Assembly: GCA_044868695.1 (NCBI GenBank) | Contig: JBIOWP010000084.1 | Location: forward strand, 11,659 to 75,658 | Source of the DNA: a bacterium | Lineage (GTDB): Bacteria; Sysuimicrobiota; Sysuimicrobiia; Sysuimicrobiales; Kaftiobacteriaceae | Direction: 5' to 3' | Length of the DNA stretch: 64,000 bases | Shown here: positions 20,708 to 34,577 of the stretch, piece after piece | Layout: the number at the start of each line of letters is the position of its first letter | How positions within the stretch are numbered: position 1 is the stretch's first letter | The notes under the pieces: generated by a model | What the model was told of the DNA's origin: nothing | What the model saw: only the letters and a program-made list of their open reading frames with translations | Databases searched by the model: none | Made by a program: the position numbers and the translations under genes

Positions 20708-21952
20708 CTACCCTTCAGATTCGCGTTCTGAGGTCACGTCGTCCCCGAGGCCGAATTCGTCATGCAGCGCATTCAGCGCCCGCTGCAGCTGTTCTCGTCC
20801 GACCAGGCACGAGATCGTAGTGTGGGAGTCCGCCGTCTGCAGGATCTCCGTGCCGGCGGCGTGCAGCGCCTTCACCACGCGCGCCATCACGCCCGGCCGT
20901 CCGCGCATCCCGGCGCCGATAATCGAGACTTTGGCGCATGCGCTGCTGGTGTTCACTTGGAATCCGAGTTTGGTGAGTAGGTTGGCCGCCTGTGAGACGG
21001 CTTCCTCCTTGACGGTGAACACCAGGACCTCCGGAAGGAGGTTGATGAGGTCGATGCTGATGCCGTGCTCTGCCAGGGCGGCCAGCGCGCGCAACGGCCT
21101 GGACAGGTCTTCTCCCGGCCCCCGGGCAATTCTGACCTGCACCACGTCGGGCAGGTGCGCCAGCGCCACGACCGGCCGGCCGTCGATGATCGGAACTCCG
21201 AGCTCTTGGCCTTTCACGATGATCGTCCCTCCGTCCGCGCTGCCCATGCGCCGGATGACGAGCTTCACGTTGTGGTCGCGCCCGATGTCCGCTGCGCGGG
21301 GGTGCAGAACCCGCGCCCCCAGCGCCGCCATTTGTGACACTTCGTCGTACGTGATTCGGCGGATCGGCCTGGCCGGCCCCACCAGTTTGGGGTCGGCGGT
21401 CATGATGCCCTCGACGTCTTTGTAGATCTCGACGACCTCAGCGTCCAGCGCCGCCCCCACCGCGACCGCCGTGGTATCACTGCCGCCCCGGCCGAGGGTG
21501 GTGATGTCCCCTTCGGGGGTCACGCCCTGAAATCCGGCGACGACGACCACCTCCCCGCGCGCGAGGTGGCGGCGGGTCCGGCCGGAGTCGATGCTGAGGA
21601 TGCGCGCGTCGTTGAACTCGTCGGTGGTAATGATCCCGGCCTGCGCGCCGGTCAGCGCGATCGCGGGGCAGCCGGCGCGGACGAGCGTGTGGGCGACCAG
21701 CGCGGTGGAAATCACCTCGCCGGTCGACAGGAGGAGGTCGAGCGTACGCGGGTCGATCTCGCCGCCGGCTTCGCGCATCAGTCCCACCAGGGTGTCGGTG
21801 GCGTAGGGATCTCCTTCGCGGCCGATCGCGGACACGACGACCACAATCTGGCTCCCGCGCGCCCGGGTCGCGGTGACGAGGTCAGCGACCTGCGTCCGCC
21901 CCGAGCGCGTCGCGAGCAACGCGCCGCCGAATTTTTGAACAACGACTCCCAT
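20708..21952 (-). CDS. lysC: aspartate kinase with C-terminal ACT domains
   Basis: 414 aa. VVQKFGG, amino-acid kinase fold plus two ACT domains. Confidence 0.9.
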   Translation of the reverse strand: MGVVVQKFGGALLATRSGRTQVADLVTATRARGSQIVVVVSAIGREGDPYATDTLVGLMREAGGEIDPRTLDLLLSTGEVISTALVAHTLVRAGCPAIALTGAQAGIITTDEFNDARILSIDSGRTRRHLARGEVVVVAGFQGVTPEGDITTLGRGGSDTTAVAVGAALDAEVVEIYKDVEGIMTADPKLVGPARPIRRITYDEVSQMAALGARVLHPRAADIGRDHNVKLVIRRMGSADGGTIIVKGQELGVPIIDGRPVVALAHLPDVVQVRIARGPGEDLSRPLRALAALAEHGISIDLINLLPEVLVFTVKEEAVSQAANLLTKLGFQVNTSSACAKVSIIGAGMRGRPGVMARVVKALHAAGTEILQTADSHTTISCLVGREQLQRALNALHDEFGLGDDVTSERESEG

Positions 21953-21969
21953 AGAGGACGACCGCGAGA

Positions 21970-22995
21970 CTAGGAGGTGACCCTCGACGTCACGACGTGC
22001 ATGGCGACCAGATGCTCTGCGATCTGGACCGCGTTGAGCGCCGCGCCTTTCCGCAGGTTGTCGCAGGCGGCAAAGAAGGCCAGGAAGCCGGCCTCATCCG
22101 TCCGGATACGTCCCACCAGGCACGGGTCGCGGCCGGCGGCCGCGAGCGCCGTCGGGTAGCGGGCCGCGGAGGGATCGTCCACGACTTCCACGCCCGGGGC
22201 CGCGCTCAGCAGCGCGCGCGCCCGGGGCGCGTCCAGCCGCCGGTCGAACTCGGCGTGCACGGCGACGCCGTGGGCGACCAGCGTCGGCACCCGGACGCAC
22301 GTCACCCCGACCGCGAGGGCGGGTGCGGAGAGCATCTTCCGCAGTTCGGCGGCCACTTTGATCTCTTCACTGAACCCGGCGTCCCGGAGCGATCCGACCG
22401 CCGGGATCACGTTCATCGCAATCGGGTGCGCGAACGCCGTCCCGCGAGGCTGGTCAGATGGCCGCCGGGCCGAGGCGGTTTCGTCGAGCTCGTTCCACAG
22501 CTGGTCCACCCCGCGCTGACCGGCTCCGGACGCCGACTGGTACGAGCAGGCGACGACGCGGCGCAGCCCCGCGGCCCGGTGCAGCGGCGCCAGAGGGACG
22601 GCGATGGTCGCCGTGGTGCAGTTGGGGTTGGCGATGATTCGCCGCGGCGCGTCGCGGAGGGCTTCGGGATTCACCTCGGGGATGACCAGCGGCACGTCCG
22701 GGTCCATGCGAAAGGCGGCGGAGTTGTCGATCGCGATCGCGCCCGCCCCCACCGCCATGGGTACCCACTGCTCCGCCACATCGTCCGGCGTGTCGAACAG
22801 GACCAGATCGAGATCGCGAAACGCGTCTGCGGTGAGCTCGTCAACCCGTCGCGATCCGATCCGCGTCCCGGCCGACCGCGCGGACGCGAACAGCCGGACG
22901 GCCGCCGCGGGGAAGCGCCGCTCTTCCAGGATCCGCAGCACCTCCCGCCCGACGACGCCGGTCGCTCCCACGACTCCGACGCGATACCCGCTCAC
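21970..22995 (-). CDS. asd: aspartate-semialdehyde dehydrogenase
   Basis: 341 aa. GATGVVG NAD-binding motif, catalytic Cys region. Confidence 0.9.
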   Translation of the reverse strand: MSGYRVGVVGATGVVGREVLRILEERRFPAAAVRLFASARSAGTRIGSRRVDELTADAFRDLDLVLFDTPDDVAEQWVPMAVGAGAIAIDNSAAFRMDPDVPLVIPEVNPEALRDAPRRIIANPNCTTATIAVPLAPLHRAAGLRRVVACSYQSASGAGQRGVDQLWNELDETASARRPSDQPRGTAFAHPIAMNVIPAVGSLRDAGFSEEIKVAAELRKMLSAPALAVGVTCVRVPTLVAHGVAVHAEFDRRLDAPRARALLSAAPGVEVVDDPSAARYPTALAAAGRDPCLVGRIRTDEAGFLAFFAACDNLRKGAALNAVQIAEHLVAMHVVTSRVTS

Positions 22996-23005
22996 GGTCC
23001 GGTTG

Positions 23006-23821
23006 TCAACTCCTCAACGTCAGTTCAAGGAGTTTCTCTAGGCCGTAGACCAGTCCTACTTGCGATCGGACCTTGCGCACGGCCAGGAGAAGGCCGGGCA
23101 TGAACGACTCTTCGTTGATGGAATCGTGCCGGATGGTCAGCGTCTGGCCCTGACCGCCGAAGATGACCATCTGGTGCGCCACCAGCCCGGGGAGGCGGAC
23201 GCTGTGCACAGGAATACCGTCCGCTCTGCCCCCGCGCGCGCCGGTCACCATTTCTTCTTCGCCCGCCGGTGCGGGTGGAATGCTGCGGGCAGAGGCGACC
23301 GCGGCGGCGGTTTTCAGTGCGGTCCCCGACGGCGCATCCCGCTTGCGGTCGTGATGGAGTTCGATGATCTCGGCGTGCGGGAAGTACTTCGCGGCGACGC
23401 GGGAGAACTCGATCATCAGGACAGCTCCGACCGCAAAATTGGGCGCGGCGACCGCGCCGACGCGCCGTGAGGCCGACAGCGCCGTGAGGCTCTCGAGGTC
23501 GGCCGCGGACATCCCGGTCGCACCGATGACGGGAGAGACTCCGACCGGGATGGCCGCCCTCGCGTGCTCCACGGCGGCCGTCCCAGGCGAGAAGTCAACG
23601 AGGACGTCAGGTTTGGCGTCGAGCAGGTCGGCGACGCTCGCGGTCACGCTGACGCCGAGCGATCCGGTCCCTGCGATGGTCCCGGCGTCCTGGCCGATGC
23701 CGCGCGAACGGCCGAGGGCGGCGACCAGCGTCATGTCCGGCTGGGCCGCGACCGCCCGCACCGCGGCCTTGCCCATCCGGCCGGCGGCGCCGGCGACCGC
23801 CACGCGGATCTTGTCCCCCAT
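23006..23821 (-). CDS. dapB: 4-hydroxy-tetrahydrodipicolinate reductase
   Basis: The track ORF (to 24103) is over-extended. The conserved N-terminus MGDKIRVAVAGAAGRMGKA starts at 23821, giving 271 aa. Confidence 0.85.
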   Translation of the reverse strand: MGDKIRVAVAGAAGRMGKAAVRAVAAQPDMTLVAALGRSRGIGQDAGTIAGTGSLGVSVTASVADLLDAKPDVLVDFSPGTAAVEHARAAIPVGVSPVIGATGMSAADLESLTALSASRRVGAVAAPNFAVGAVLMIEFSRVAAKYFPHAEIIELHHDRKRDAPSGTALKTAAAVASARSIPPAPAGEEEMVTGARGGRADGIPVHSVRLPGLVAHQMVIFGGQGQTLTIRHDSINEESFMPGLLLAVRKVRSQVGLVYGLEKLLELTLRS

Positions 23822-23857
23822 GGGACTCACCTCCACCCTCAACCCTTCGAGACTGAC

Positions 23858-23937
23858 TGGGGACCAGGGACCGGGGACCGGAGAAAGATGGAGTGCCGTT
23901 CGTCTAATCTGGTCCCTGGTCCCGGGTCCCTGGTCCC
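23858..23937. repeat. tandem-hexamer inverted-repeat hairpin element (GGGACC units), between dapB and the M16 peptidase
   Basis: Left arm tggggaccagggaccggggaccgg, 29-nt loop, right arm ggtccctggtcccgggtccctggtccc. The right arm encodes the last residues (GPGTRDQGPD) of the peptidase. Confidence 0.55.
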
Positions 23938-25253
23938 GCGGGTGTTTTCTGCGCCTTCTCTCCGACGTAGCGCTCGAAGGCTTTCCGCATGCCGGACCGC
24001 AGCGCTCCGTCGGAACGGAACGGGCCGATGGCCGCCATGGACAGCGCTCCGGGGCGGAAGAGGTCGTCGGCGGCGCGTTGCACATCGTCGGCGGTGACGG
24101 CATCGACTTTCGAGATCAACTCGTCGAGCGTGACGTGCCGGCCGTGGTAGATCTCCGATCTGGCCAGCATCGACATCCGGCTGCCGGTGCTCTCCAACCC
24201 CAGCATGAGGCCGCCCTTGAGCGACTCTTTGGCGCGGCGGAGCTCCGCGGCGTCCGGTGGGTGTGCTTTGACCTTCTCGATCTCGTCGATGACGAGGCGG
24301 ATGACCTCGGGGCCGGCATCGGGACTCATCCCGGCATAGATGACGAACAGGCCGCCGTCACGGTACGACGCCGCGTACGACGAGATGCTGTACACCAGCC
24401 CCCGCCGCTCTCGGATCTCCTGGAACAACCGTGAGCTCATGCCGCCGCCCAGCAGGTGGTCCAGGACGGACAGCGCGTAGCGCCGCGGATCCGCCTGGCT
24501 CAGTCCCTGCGTGCCCAGGCATAGGTGGACCTGTTCCGTTTCCTTCGTGCGGGTGGAGAGGCCGGCCTGCGGCTGCGGCGGCGCCTGCGGCACGACGGAC
24601 GCGGCCCCCGCCCACCCGCCGAAGTGAGCGGCGATGAGCGATTCGACCTGCGCGTGTTCCAGCTGCCCGGCCGCGGCAATCACCACGTTGGTAGGCCGGT
24701 AGAACCGCTCGATGTAGGAGAGGAAGTCATCGCGGGTCAGGGCGCCGACGGTCTGCAGGGTGCCGATCACCGGCCGGCCGAGCGGGTGCCTGTTCCACAC
24801 CGTCTGGGCGAGCAGGTCCTGGACCAGCTCATCCGGAGAGTCCTCATAGCTCTTGATCTCCTCGGTGATGACCTGCCGCTCGCGCTCGATGTGTTCCGGG
24901 GTCAGCGTGGAGTGGAGCAGCATGTCCGCGTAGATCTCCAGCGCACGGTCCAGGTGCGTGCTCAGCACCTTCAGATAGAAGACGGTCTGCTCACGATCGG
25001 TGAATGCGTTCATCTGGCCGCCGATGTCGTCGACGGCCTGCGCGATTTCCAGCGCCGACCGCGTCGCGGTGCCTTTGAAGAAGAGATGCTCGAGAAAGTG
25101 TGAGATGCCGTGGTGCTCAGACGGCTCGAAGCGCGAGCCGGCCCCCACCCAGATACCGACGGCGGTCGTGCGGACGTGCGGAATCTGCTCGGTGAGCACA
25201 CGGATGCCGCCCAGCAGCGTGCTCTTGGTGACCGTTCCCGGCGGCGGCTCCAT
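23904..25253 (-). CDS. M16-family zinc peptidase (pitrilysin-like; MlpA/YmxG position)
   Basis: 449 aa. HFLEHLFFKG inverted zincin motif. Downstream of pnp as in Bacillus. Confidence 0.8.
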   Translation of the reverse strand: MEPPPGTVTKSTLLGGIRVLTEQIPHVRTTAVGIWVGAGSRFEPSEHHGISHFLEHLFFKGTATRSALEIAQAVDDIGGQMNAFTDREQTVFYLKVLSTHLDRALEIYADMLLHSTLTPEHIERERQVITEEIKSYEDSPDELVQDLLAQTVWNRHPLGRPVIGTLQTVGALTRDDFLSYIERFYRPTNVVIAAAGQLEHAQVESLIAAHFGGWAGAASVVPQAPPQPQAGLSTRTKETEQVHLCLGTQGLSQADPRRYALSVLDHLLGGGMSSRLFQEIRERRGLVYSISSYAASYRDGGLFVIYAGMSPDAGPEVIRLVIDEIEKVKAHPPDAAELRRAKESLKGGLMLGLESTGSRMSMLARSEIYHGRHVTLDELISKVDAVTADDVQRAADDLFRPGALSMAAIGPFRSDGALRSGMRKAFERYVGEKAQKTPAGPGTRDQGPD

Positions 25254-25276
25254 CCCCCGTGAGTGCCCGGAAATGC

Positions 25277-27517
<2,241 letters not shown>

Positions 27518-27560
27518 GGAGCCCTCCTAGGGACGTACCTGCACAGACCTGACAGGTAAA

Positions 27561-27582
27561 TGGGAGCGGGTACCCCCGCTCC
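27561..27582 (-). terminator. rpsO-pnp intergenic stem-loop (rpsO attenuating terminator or pnp leader processing hairpin)
   Basis: Perfect 9-bp stem GGGAGCGGG / CCCGCTCCC with a 5-nt loop, between the rpsO stop and pnp start. The minus-strand RNA continues with AUUUACCUG. Confidence 0.4.
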
Positions 27583-27629
27583 CATCACCACACCGCACGC
27601 GCCAGACCAGCTGTCGAAGACGAACCGGG

Positions 27630-27899
27630 TTATCGACGCAGGCCAAGGGAGTCGACGATCTGGCGGTACCGATCGACGTCGGTCCGCATCAGATAGGCAA
27701 GGAGTTGGCGGCGCTGGCCGACCATTTTCAGCAACCCCCGCCGGGAGTGGATGTCCTTCTTGTGGGCGGTCAGGTGCTCCGTCAGCTGAGTAATGCGCTC
27801 GGTGAGCAGCGCAATCTGCACTTCTGGTGAGCCCGTATCGCCATCGTGCCGCTTGAACTTTCCCATGATCTCCTTCTTGGATTCCTTGGCTAACACCAC
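27630..27899 (-). CDS. rpsO: 30S ribosomal protein S15
   Basis: 89 aa, canonical S15. Confidence 0.95.
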   Translation of the reverse strand: MVLAKESKKEIMGKFKRHDGDTGSPEVQIALLTERITQLTEHLTAHKKDIHSRRGLLKMVGQRRQLLAYLMRTDVDRYRQIVDSLGLRR

Positions 27900-28048
27900 G
27901 CCTCAACCCCCACCACACCGTCAGATCGCGTCATGAAAAAATCGACTCACCGAGGGGGCCGCCGGGGCACGGACCTCCCAGCTATCGACGCCTCAGACTA
28001 TCGTAGCACACCCGTTTCTGCTGTGCCAGCGGAAGCTCGCCCGGGCAC

Positions 28049-29029
28049 TCACGGCGCGCTCGCCCGCCGCCTGACGTCCGGTTCCGATGCCAATCGCGAG
28101 GCCGACGCCGCCAGGGCCTGCGGGATTCCGGCCACGTCCGCGCGGATCTGGCTGATCAGGGCCTCGACGGACGGGAAGGCCACCTCGTCGCGCAGCCGAG
28201 CCGCGAGATGCAGTTCGAGCGATGCGCCGTACAGATCTCCTTCGAAGTCCAGCAGGTAGGCTTCCACCGCCAGCGCGCCCGGGCCGAAGGTCGGCCGCGT
28301 CCCGATGTTGACCGCGGCCGGGTGCGCGCCGGTCGCGGTGCCGGCATGTGCCGCGTAGATGCCGGCCGCGGGAATGAGCTTGCCGGCGGGCAGGCTCACG
28401 TTTGCCGTGGGAAACCCCAACCCTCGCCCCCGGCCGTCTCCATGGACGACCACGCCCCGCAGCGCGTACCAGCGGCCGAGCAGCCGGCCGGCGTCGTCGA
28501 CACGGCCCTGCTGGAGCAGGCTCCGGACACGCGTGCTGCTGACCGGGCCGCCGTCCACCTCCACGGGGCCGTTCACCAGTACGTGAAACCCGAACTGTCT
28601 GGCCAGATGCGCAAGCACCCGCGCATCGCCCGTGCGATCGCGTCCGAACGTGTAGTTGGGCCCGCACACGGCTTCCACCAGCCCGGTCGACGTGACGAGG
28701 GCTGCGACCCACTCCCCGGCCGGCATCCTCCGGAACGCTTCGTCGAAGCGGACGACCACGGCCAGGTCGACGCCCAACCCCGCGAGCAGCTCGAGACGCT
28801 CGTCCAGCGTGGTGAGGAGGACGGCGCCCGATTCCGGGGTCAGGAACGTGCGGGGATGCGGGTCGAACGTAAACACCGCGCACCGGCCGTCACGCTCACG
28901 GGCCCGCCGCATCGCCGTGCCGATCAACGCCTGGTGCCCGCGGTGCACCCCGTCAAACGTGCCCAGGGCTGCCACAACGGGCACGCGCTGTTTGGAAAAC
29001 GACTCGAGGCCGTGAATGACTTCCATCAA
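28049..29029 (-). CDS. ribF: bifunctional riboflavin kinase / FAD synthetase
   Basis: 326 aa. N-terminal FAD synthetase domain (GTFDGVHRGH) and C-terminal riboflavin kinase domain. Confidence 0.9.
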   Translation of the reverse strand: MMEVIHGLESFSKQRVPVVAALGTFDGVHRGHQALIGTAMRRARERDGRCAVFTFDPHPRTFLTPESGAVLLTTLDERLELLAGLGVDLAVVVRFDEAFRRMPAGEWVAALVTSTGLVEAVCGPNYTFGRDRTGDARVLAHLARQFGFHVLVNGPVEVDGGPVSSTRVRSLLQQGRVDDAGRLLGRWYALRGVVVHGDGRGRGLGFPTANVSLPAGKLIPAAGIYAAHAGTATGAHPAAVNIGTRPTFGPGALAVEAYLLDFEGDLYGASLELHLAARLRDEVAFPSVEALISQIRADVAGIPQALAASASRLASEPDVRRRASAP

Positions 29030-29956
29030 TCAATCACGCAGTACCTTGACCGGCTTCAGCATGCCTTCCTCAACCTTCGCAATGGCTACGAGGCCATGGT
29101 GGTCCCGCAGGCGCACCAGCTTCGCCCCGACCAGCCGCTGCCAGTGGGCGATGCGGAACAGCGGAATGGGTTGTCCGTGCACCACGGACTGCCGCTGCGG
29201 GGGCAGCAGGTCGACGGCCGGGAGTTCCGGCAGGGCGTCGTCCATCCCGAGGATCGCCTGCGCCAGCTCCCCCTGATCCGCGAGTGCGCGCAGCTCTTCC
29301 AGGGTGAAGGACGATGCCAGTTCGTATCGCCCGACCCTAGTGCGGACCATGAACGAGGCGTAGGCGCCGCAGCCCAGGACCTCGCCCAGGTCCGCGCACA
29401 GCCGCCTGATGTAGGTGCCTTTCGAGCAGGCAACATGCAGCACGGCGCGGGGTGGCGGCCCAGGACGAAACTCGCGGAGTTCCAACTGGTAGATGCGCAC
29501 CCGTCTGGGCGGCGCGTCCACGACCGCGCCTGAGCGGGCCAATTCGTACAGCCGCCGGCCGCCGACGTGGACCGCAGACGCCATCGGCGGGATCTGCTGG
29601 ATCTCACCTGTGAAACGGGGCAGCGCGCCGGCGACCTGCGGCGCGTCGAGCGTGTCCGCCGGTCCCTCCTGGATGGTGACCCCGTAGGCATCGCCGGTGT
29701 CGGTGGACCGTCCGAACGTGACCTCGACGCGATACTCCTTGTCGGCATCGGTCAGGAACTCGGCGATCCGGGTCGCGTGGTTCAGGGCCAGGACGAGGAC
29801 GCCGCTGGCGCCGGGATCGAGTGTGCCCGTATGCCCCACCCTCCGGGTCCGTGCAAGCAGGCGGACGGCATCGACCACATCGTGCGAGGTCATGCCGACC
29901 GGTTTGCACAGGTTGAGCACTCCGTCCGGCGACGGCGCGGATGGGACGGCGGGCAT
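29030..29956 (-). CDS. truB: tRNA pseudouridine(55) synthase
   Basis: The track ORF is over-extended to 30157. The conserved N-terminus MPAVPSAPSPDGVLNLCKPVGMTSHDVV starts at 29956, with the catalytic Asp in HTGTLDP. Confidence 0.9.
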   Translation of the reverse strand: MPAVPSAPSPDGVLNLCKPVGMTSHDVVDAVRLLARTRRVGHTGTLDPGASGVLVLALNHATRIAEFLTDADKEYRVEVTFGRSTDTGDAYGVTIQEGPADTLDAPQVAGALPRFTGEIQQIPPMASAVHVGGRRLYELARSGAVVDAPPRRVRIYQLELREFRPGPPPRAVLHVACSKGTYIRRLCADLGEVLGCGAYASFMVRTRVGRYELASSFTLEELRALADQGELAQAILGMDDALPELPAVDLLPPQRQSVVHGQPIPLFRIAHWQRLVGAKLVRLRDHHGLVAIAKVEEGMLKPVKVLRD

Positions 29957-29972
29957 GTGCACGGGCCGGGTG

Positions 29973-30040
29973 TCAGGGGTCGGAGGTCGGCAATGGCGCC
30001 GGGTCCGCTCTGACCCCAGACCCCCGACCCCCGATCCCCA
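29973..30040. repeat. tandem-heptamer inverted-repeat hairpin element (GGGGTCG units) inside the 3' end of nrnA
   Basis: Left arm ggggtcggaggtcgg, 20-nt loop, right arm tgaccccagacccccgacccccgatcccc. The right arm encodes the C-terminal tail of NrnA (GIGGRGSGVRADPAPLPTSDP). Confidence 0.5.
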
Positions 30041-31001
30041 TCTCCCGCAGTTCGTTCTCTGCTGCGGCCAGGGTCGTCGCGAGCACCTGGTCCAGCGGGC
30101 CGGCGCGGGTGAACCCAGCGGCGCCCTGGTGTCCTCCTCCGCCGAACGCCTCCGCAATCACGTTCGACCTGACACCGTCTCGCGACCGGATCCCCACCCG
30201 GATCCCCTGGGCGGTCTCCTCGAACAGCAGGGCCGCCCGGACGCCCCGGATCTGGCGAAGCATGCCGACGATGCCGGTCGTGTCTTCCGGCACCGCCCCG
30301 GCCTCCTGCAGCATCTGTGGCGTGACCACCGTCCACGCCATCTGTCCGTCCGCGGACAGCCTCAGGGATGCCAGGGCCATGCCCAGCAGGCGCAGGCCGC
30401 CCGGGCTGCGGGTTTCATAGACACGCTCCACGATCTCGGGGACCGACCCGCCCGCGTCCACGAGGTCGGCAGCCAACCGAAGGGACCTGGCTCCTGTGTT
30501 GGGATAGCGGAAGCTGCCGGTGTCGGTGACGATGGCGGTGAGCAGGCACTGTGCGATCTCGCGGTCGATCGCGACGCGCAGTGCCTGGATCACTTTGGTC
30601 ACCTGCTCGCCGACCGCAGCCGCGGTGGTGTCCCAATAGACGATGTGGCCGTAGCCGGCGTTGCTGACGTGGTGGTCGATATTGATCAGCGTGCCTGCGC
30701 GGGTGAGGGCCGGCGCGAACGTCCCGGCCCGGTCCGGGGTGCTGCACTCGACGGCGACGGCCGCGTCGGCGGGGTCGGCGGGCGGCGCGGTGAGAATGCG
30801 GTCGGCCCCCGGCAGAGTGAGGAACGCGTCAGGGACGCCGTCGGAACTTCCGACCTGCGCGCTGATCCGCAGACGCGCCAGCGCCAGCCGCAGCGCCAGC
30901 GCCGACCCCAGGCAGTCGCCGTCGGGCGCGACGTGGCAGGCGATGAGCACGTTACGGCTTTTTCGGAGTCTTGCCGCGATCTGGTGTGGAAGCTCGGTCA
31001 T
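29973..31001 (-). CDS. nrnA: DHH/DHHA1-family bifunctional oligoribonuclease / pAp phosphatase
   Basis: 342 aa. DHH motifs (HVAPDGD, DHH) and DHHA1 GGGH. Sits between rbfA and truB. Confidence 0.8.
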   Translation of the reverse strand: MTELPHQIAARLRKSRNVLIACHVAPDGDCLGSALALRLALARLRISAQVGSSDGVPDAFLTLPGADRILTAPPADPADAAVAVECSTPDRAGTFAPALTRAGTLINIDHHVSNAGYGHIVYWDTTAAAVGEQVTKVIQALRVAIDREIAQCLLTAIVTDTGSFRYPNTGARSLRLAADLVDAGGSVPEIVERVYETRSPGGLRLLGMALASLRLSADGQMAWTVVTPQMLQEAGAVPEDTTGIVGMLRQIRGVRAALLFEETAQGIRVGIRSRDGVRSNVIAEAFGGGGHQGAAGFTRAGPLDQVLATTLAAAENELREMGIGGRGSGVRADPAPLPTSDP

Positions 31002-31347
31002 GCCCGGTGTCCTTGGCCACCTCGCGGATCAGGGTGACGATCCGCGTGCCGCGCTCGATGGATTCGTCGAGCCGGAAGAGGATCTCCGGCGCGAACCGCA
31101 TCTGCAGACGCCGGCCCAGCTCGCCCCGGACATAGCCCTGCGCGCTCTCCAGGCCGGCCATCGTGTCGGACTTGGCCTGCGCGTCCCCCAGCACGCTGAC
31201 GAAGACCTTCGCGTGGCGCAGGTCGACGCTGACCTCCACGTCCGTCACCGACACAAACCCGATGCGCGGGTCTTTCAGCTGGTGCTGGATGATGTCGCTG
31301 ACCTGTTCTTTGATGAATTCCCGAACCTTCTCCGGGCGATGGGACAT
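30952..31347 (-). CDS. rbfA: ribosome-binding factor A
   Basis: 131 aa. KH-like RbfA fold. Overlaps the nrnA start by 50 nt. Confidence 0.85.
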   Translation of the reverse strand: MSHRPEKVREFIKEQVSDIIQHQLKDPRIGFVSVTDVEVSVDLRHAKVFVSVLGDAQAKSDTMAGLESAQGYVRGELGRRLQMRFAPEILFRLDESIERGTRIVTLIREVAKDTGHDRASTPDRGKTPKKP

Positions 31348-31368
31348 GTGCGTACCCTCTCGCGTTGA

Positions 31369-31650
31369 TCACCGCAGCTCCATGTCGAAGTGGACGACCA
31401 CCATCTCGGTTTCCCGTTCCACTCGTGACATCACGCGGGACAGGATCTGGTTGGCGTGCCGCGCCTCGCTGCTGACGCAGGTCACAGCCAGGTGGGCATG
31501 ACGGTGGTTGTCCTGCGCGTCGACCTCGGCCGCGGCGATGTTGAATTCGTTGTGCAGCCGGTCCAACAGGCTCTTCACCAGCCGCCGCTTGTCTTTCAGG
31601 CTCTGGCTGGCCGGCAAACTCAGTTCCACCTGCAGGACGCCGATGACCAT
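31369..31650 (-). CDS. ylxP: DUF503 protein (YlxP-like)
   Basis: Conserved start MVIGVLQVELSLPASQSLKDKRR. Occupies the Bacillus ylxP position between infB and rbfA. Confidence 0.7.
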   Translation of the reverse strand: MVIGVLQVELSLPASQSLKDKRRLVKSLLDRLHNEFNIAAAEVDAQDNHRHAHLAVTCVSSEARHANQILSRVMSRVERETEMVVVHFDMELR

Positions 31651-31663
31651 GACCGCGACTACA

Positions 31664-31750
31664 GGGAACAAGGGATCGAGGGAACGAGGGAACACGGGAC
31701 CGCCCGACGTGGCTTCCTTGGTTCCCTCGTTCCCTGGTTCCCTCGTTTCC
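31664..31750. repeat. tandem-hexamer inverted-repeat hairpin element (GGGAAC units) in the infB-ylxP intergenic space
   Basis: Left arm gggaacaagggatcgagggaacgagggaacacggg, 15-nt loop, right arm ttccttggttccctcgttccctggttccctcgtttcc. Confidence 0.55.
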
Positions 31751-31754
31751 TGAC

Positions 31755-34214
<2,460 letters not shown>

Positions 34215-34217
34215 CGG

Positions 34218-34577
34218 TTACCTGTCCTCCGGTCCAGGCGCCCTCAATGGGCGTCCGCCTGACGGAATTCTGATCACACGCGGTTCGCCGGCTCCGGACT
34301 GCACGGCCGCCGCCGATGCGGCAACCTGCAGCAGCTCTGCCTCCAGCGATGCGGGGACCGCGGACTCCAGAGCGTGCTGCAGGCGGCCCTCCCGGACCCC
34401 GGTCGCCACACAGCTCGCCGTCGGACACACATATGCGCCGCGGCCCGACAGCTTGCCGGTCGGATCCACGGCGACGTCGCCCGAGCCGGTCCGGACAACG
34501 CGCACGAGCTCCCTCTTAGGCCGCATCTGCTGGCAGGCCACGCACATCCGCGTCGGGATCTTTCGGGTCCTAGGCAT
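34218..34577 (-). CDS. ylxR: YlxR/RnpM-family RNA-binding protein (DUF448)
   Basis: [28 protein letters not shown] matches the YlxR family. Sits between nusA and infB. The track ORF is over-extended to 34856. Confidence 0.8.
   Translation of the reverse strand: MPRTRKIPTRMCVACQQMRPKRELVRVVRTGSGDVAVDPTGKLSGRGAYVCPTASCVATGVREGRLQHALESAVPASLEAELLQVAASAAAVQSGAGEPRVIRIPSGGRPLRAPGPEDR

Noticed and set aside
21953-21969. Lysine (L-box) riboswitch upstream of lysC/dapA
   Set aside because: Gaps before lysC (17 nt), asd and dapA are far too short. The 82-nt gap before dapB is filled by the repeat hairpin.
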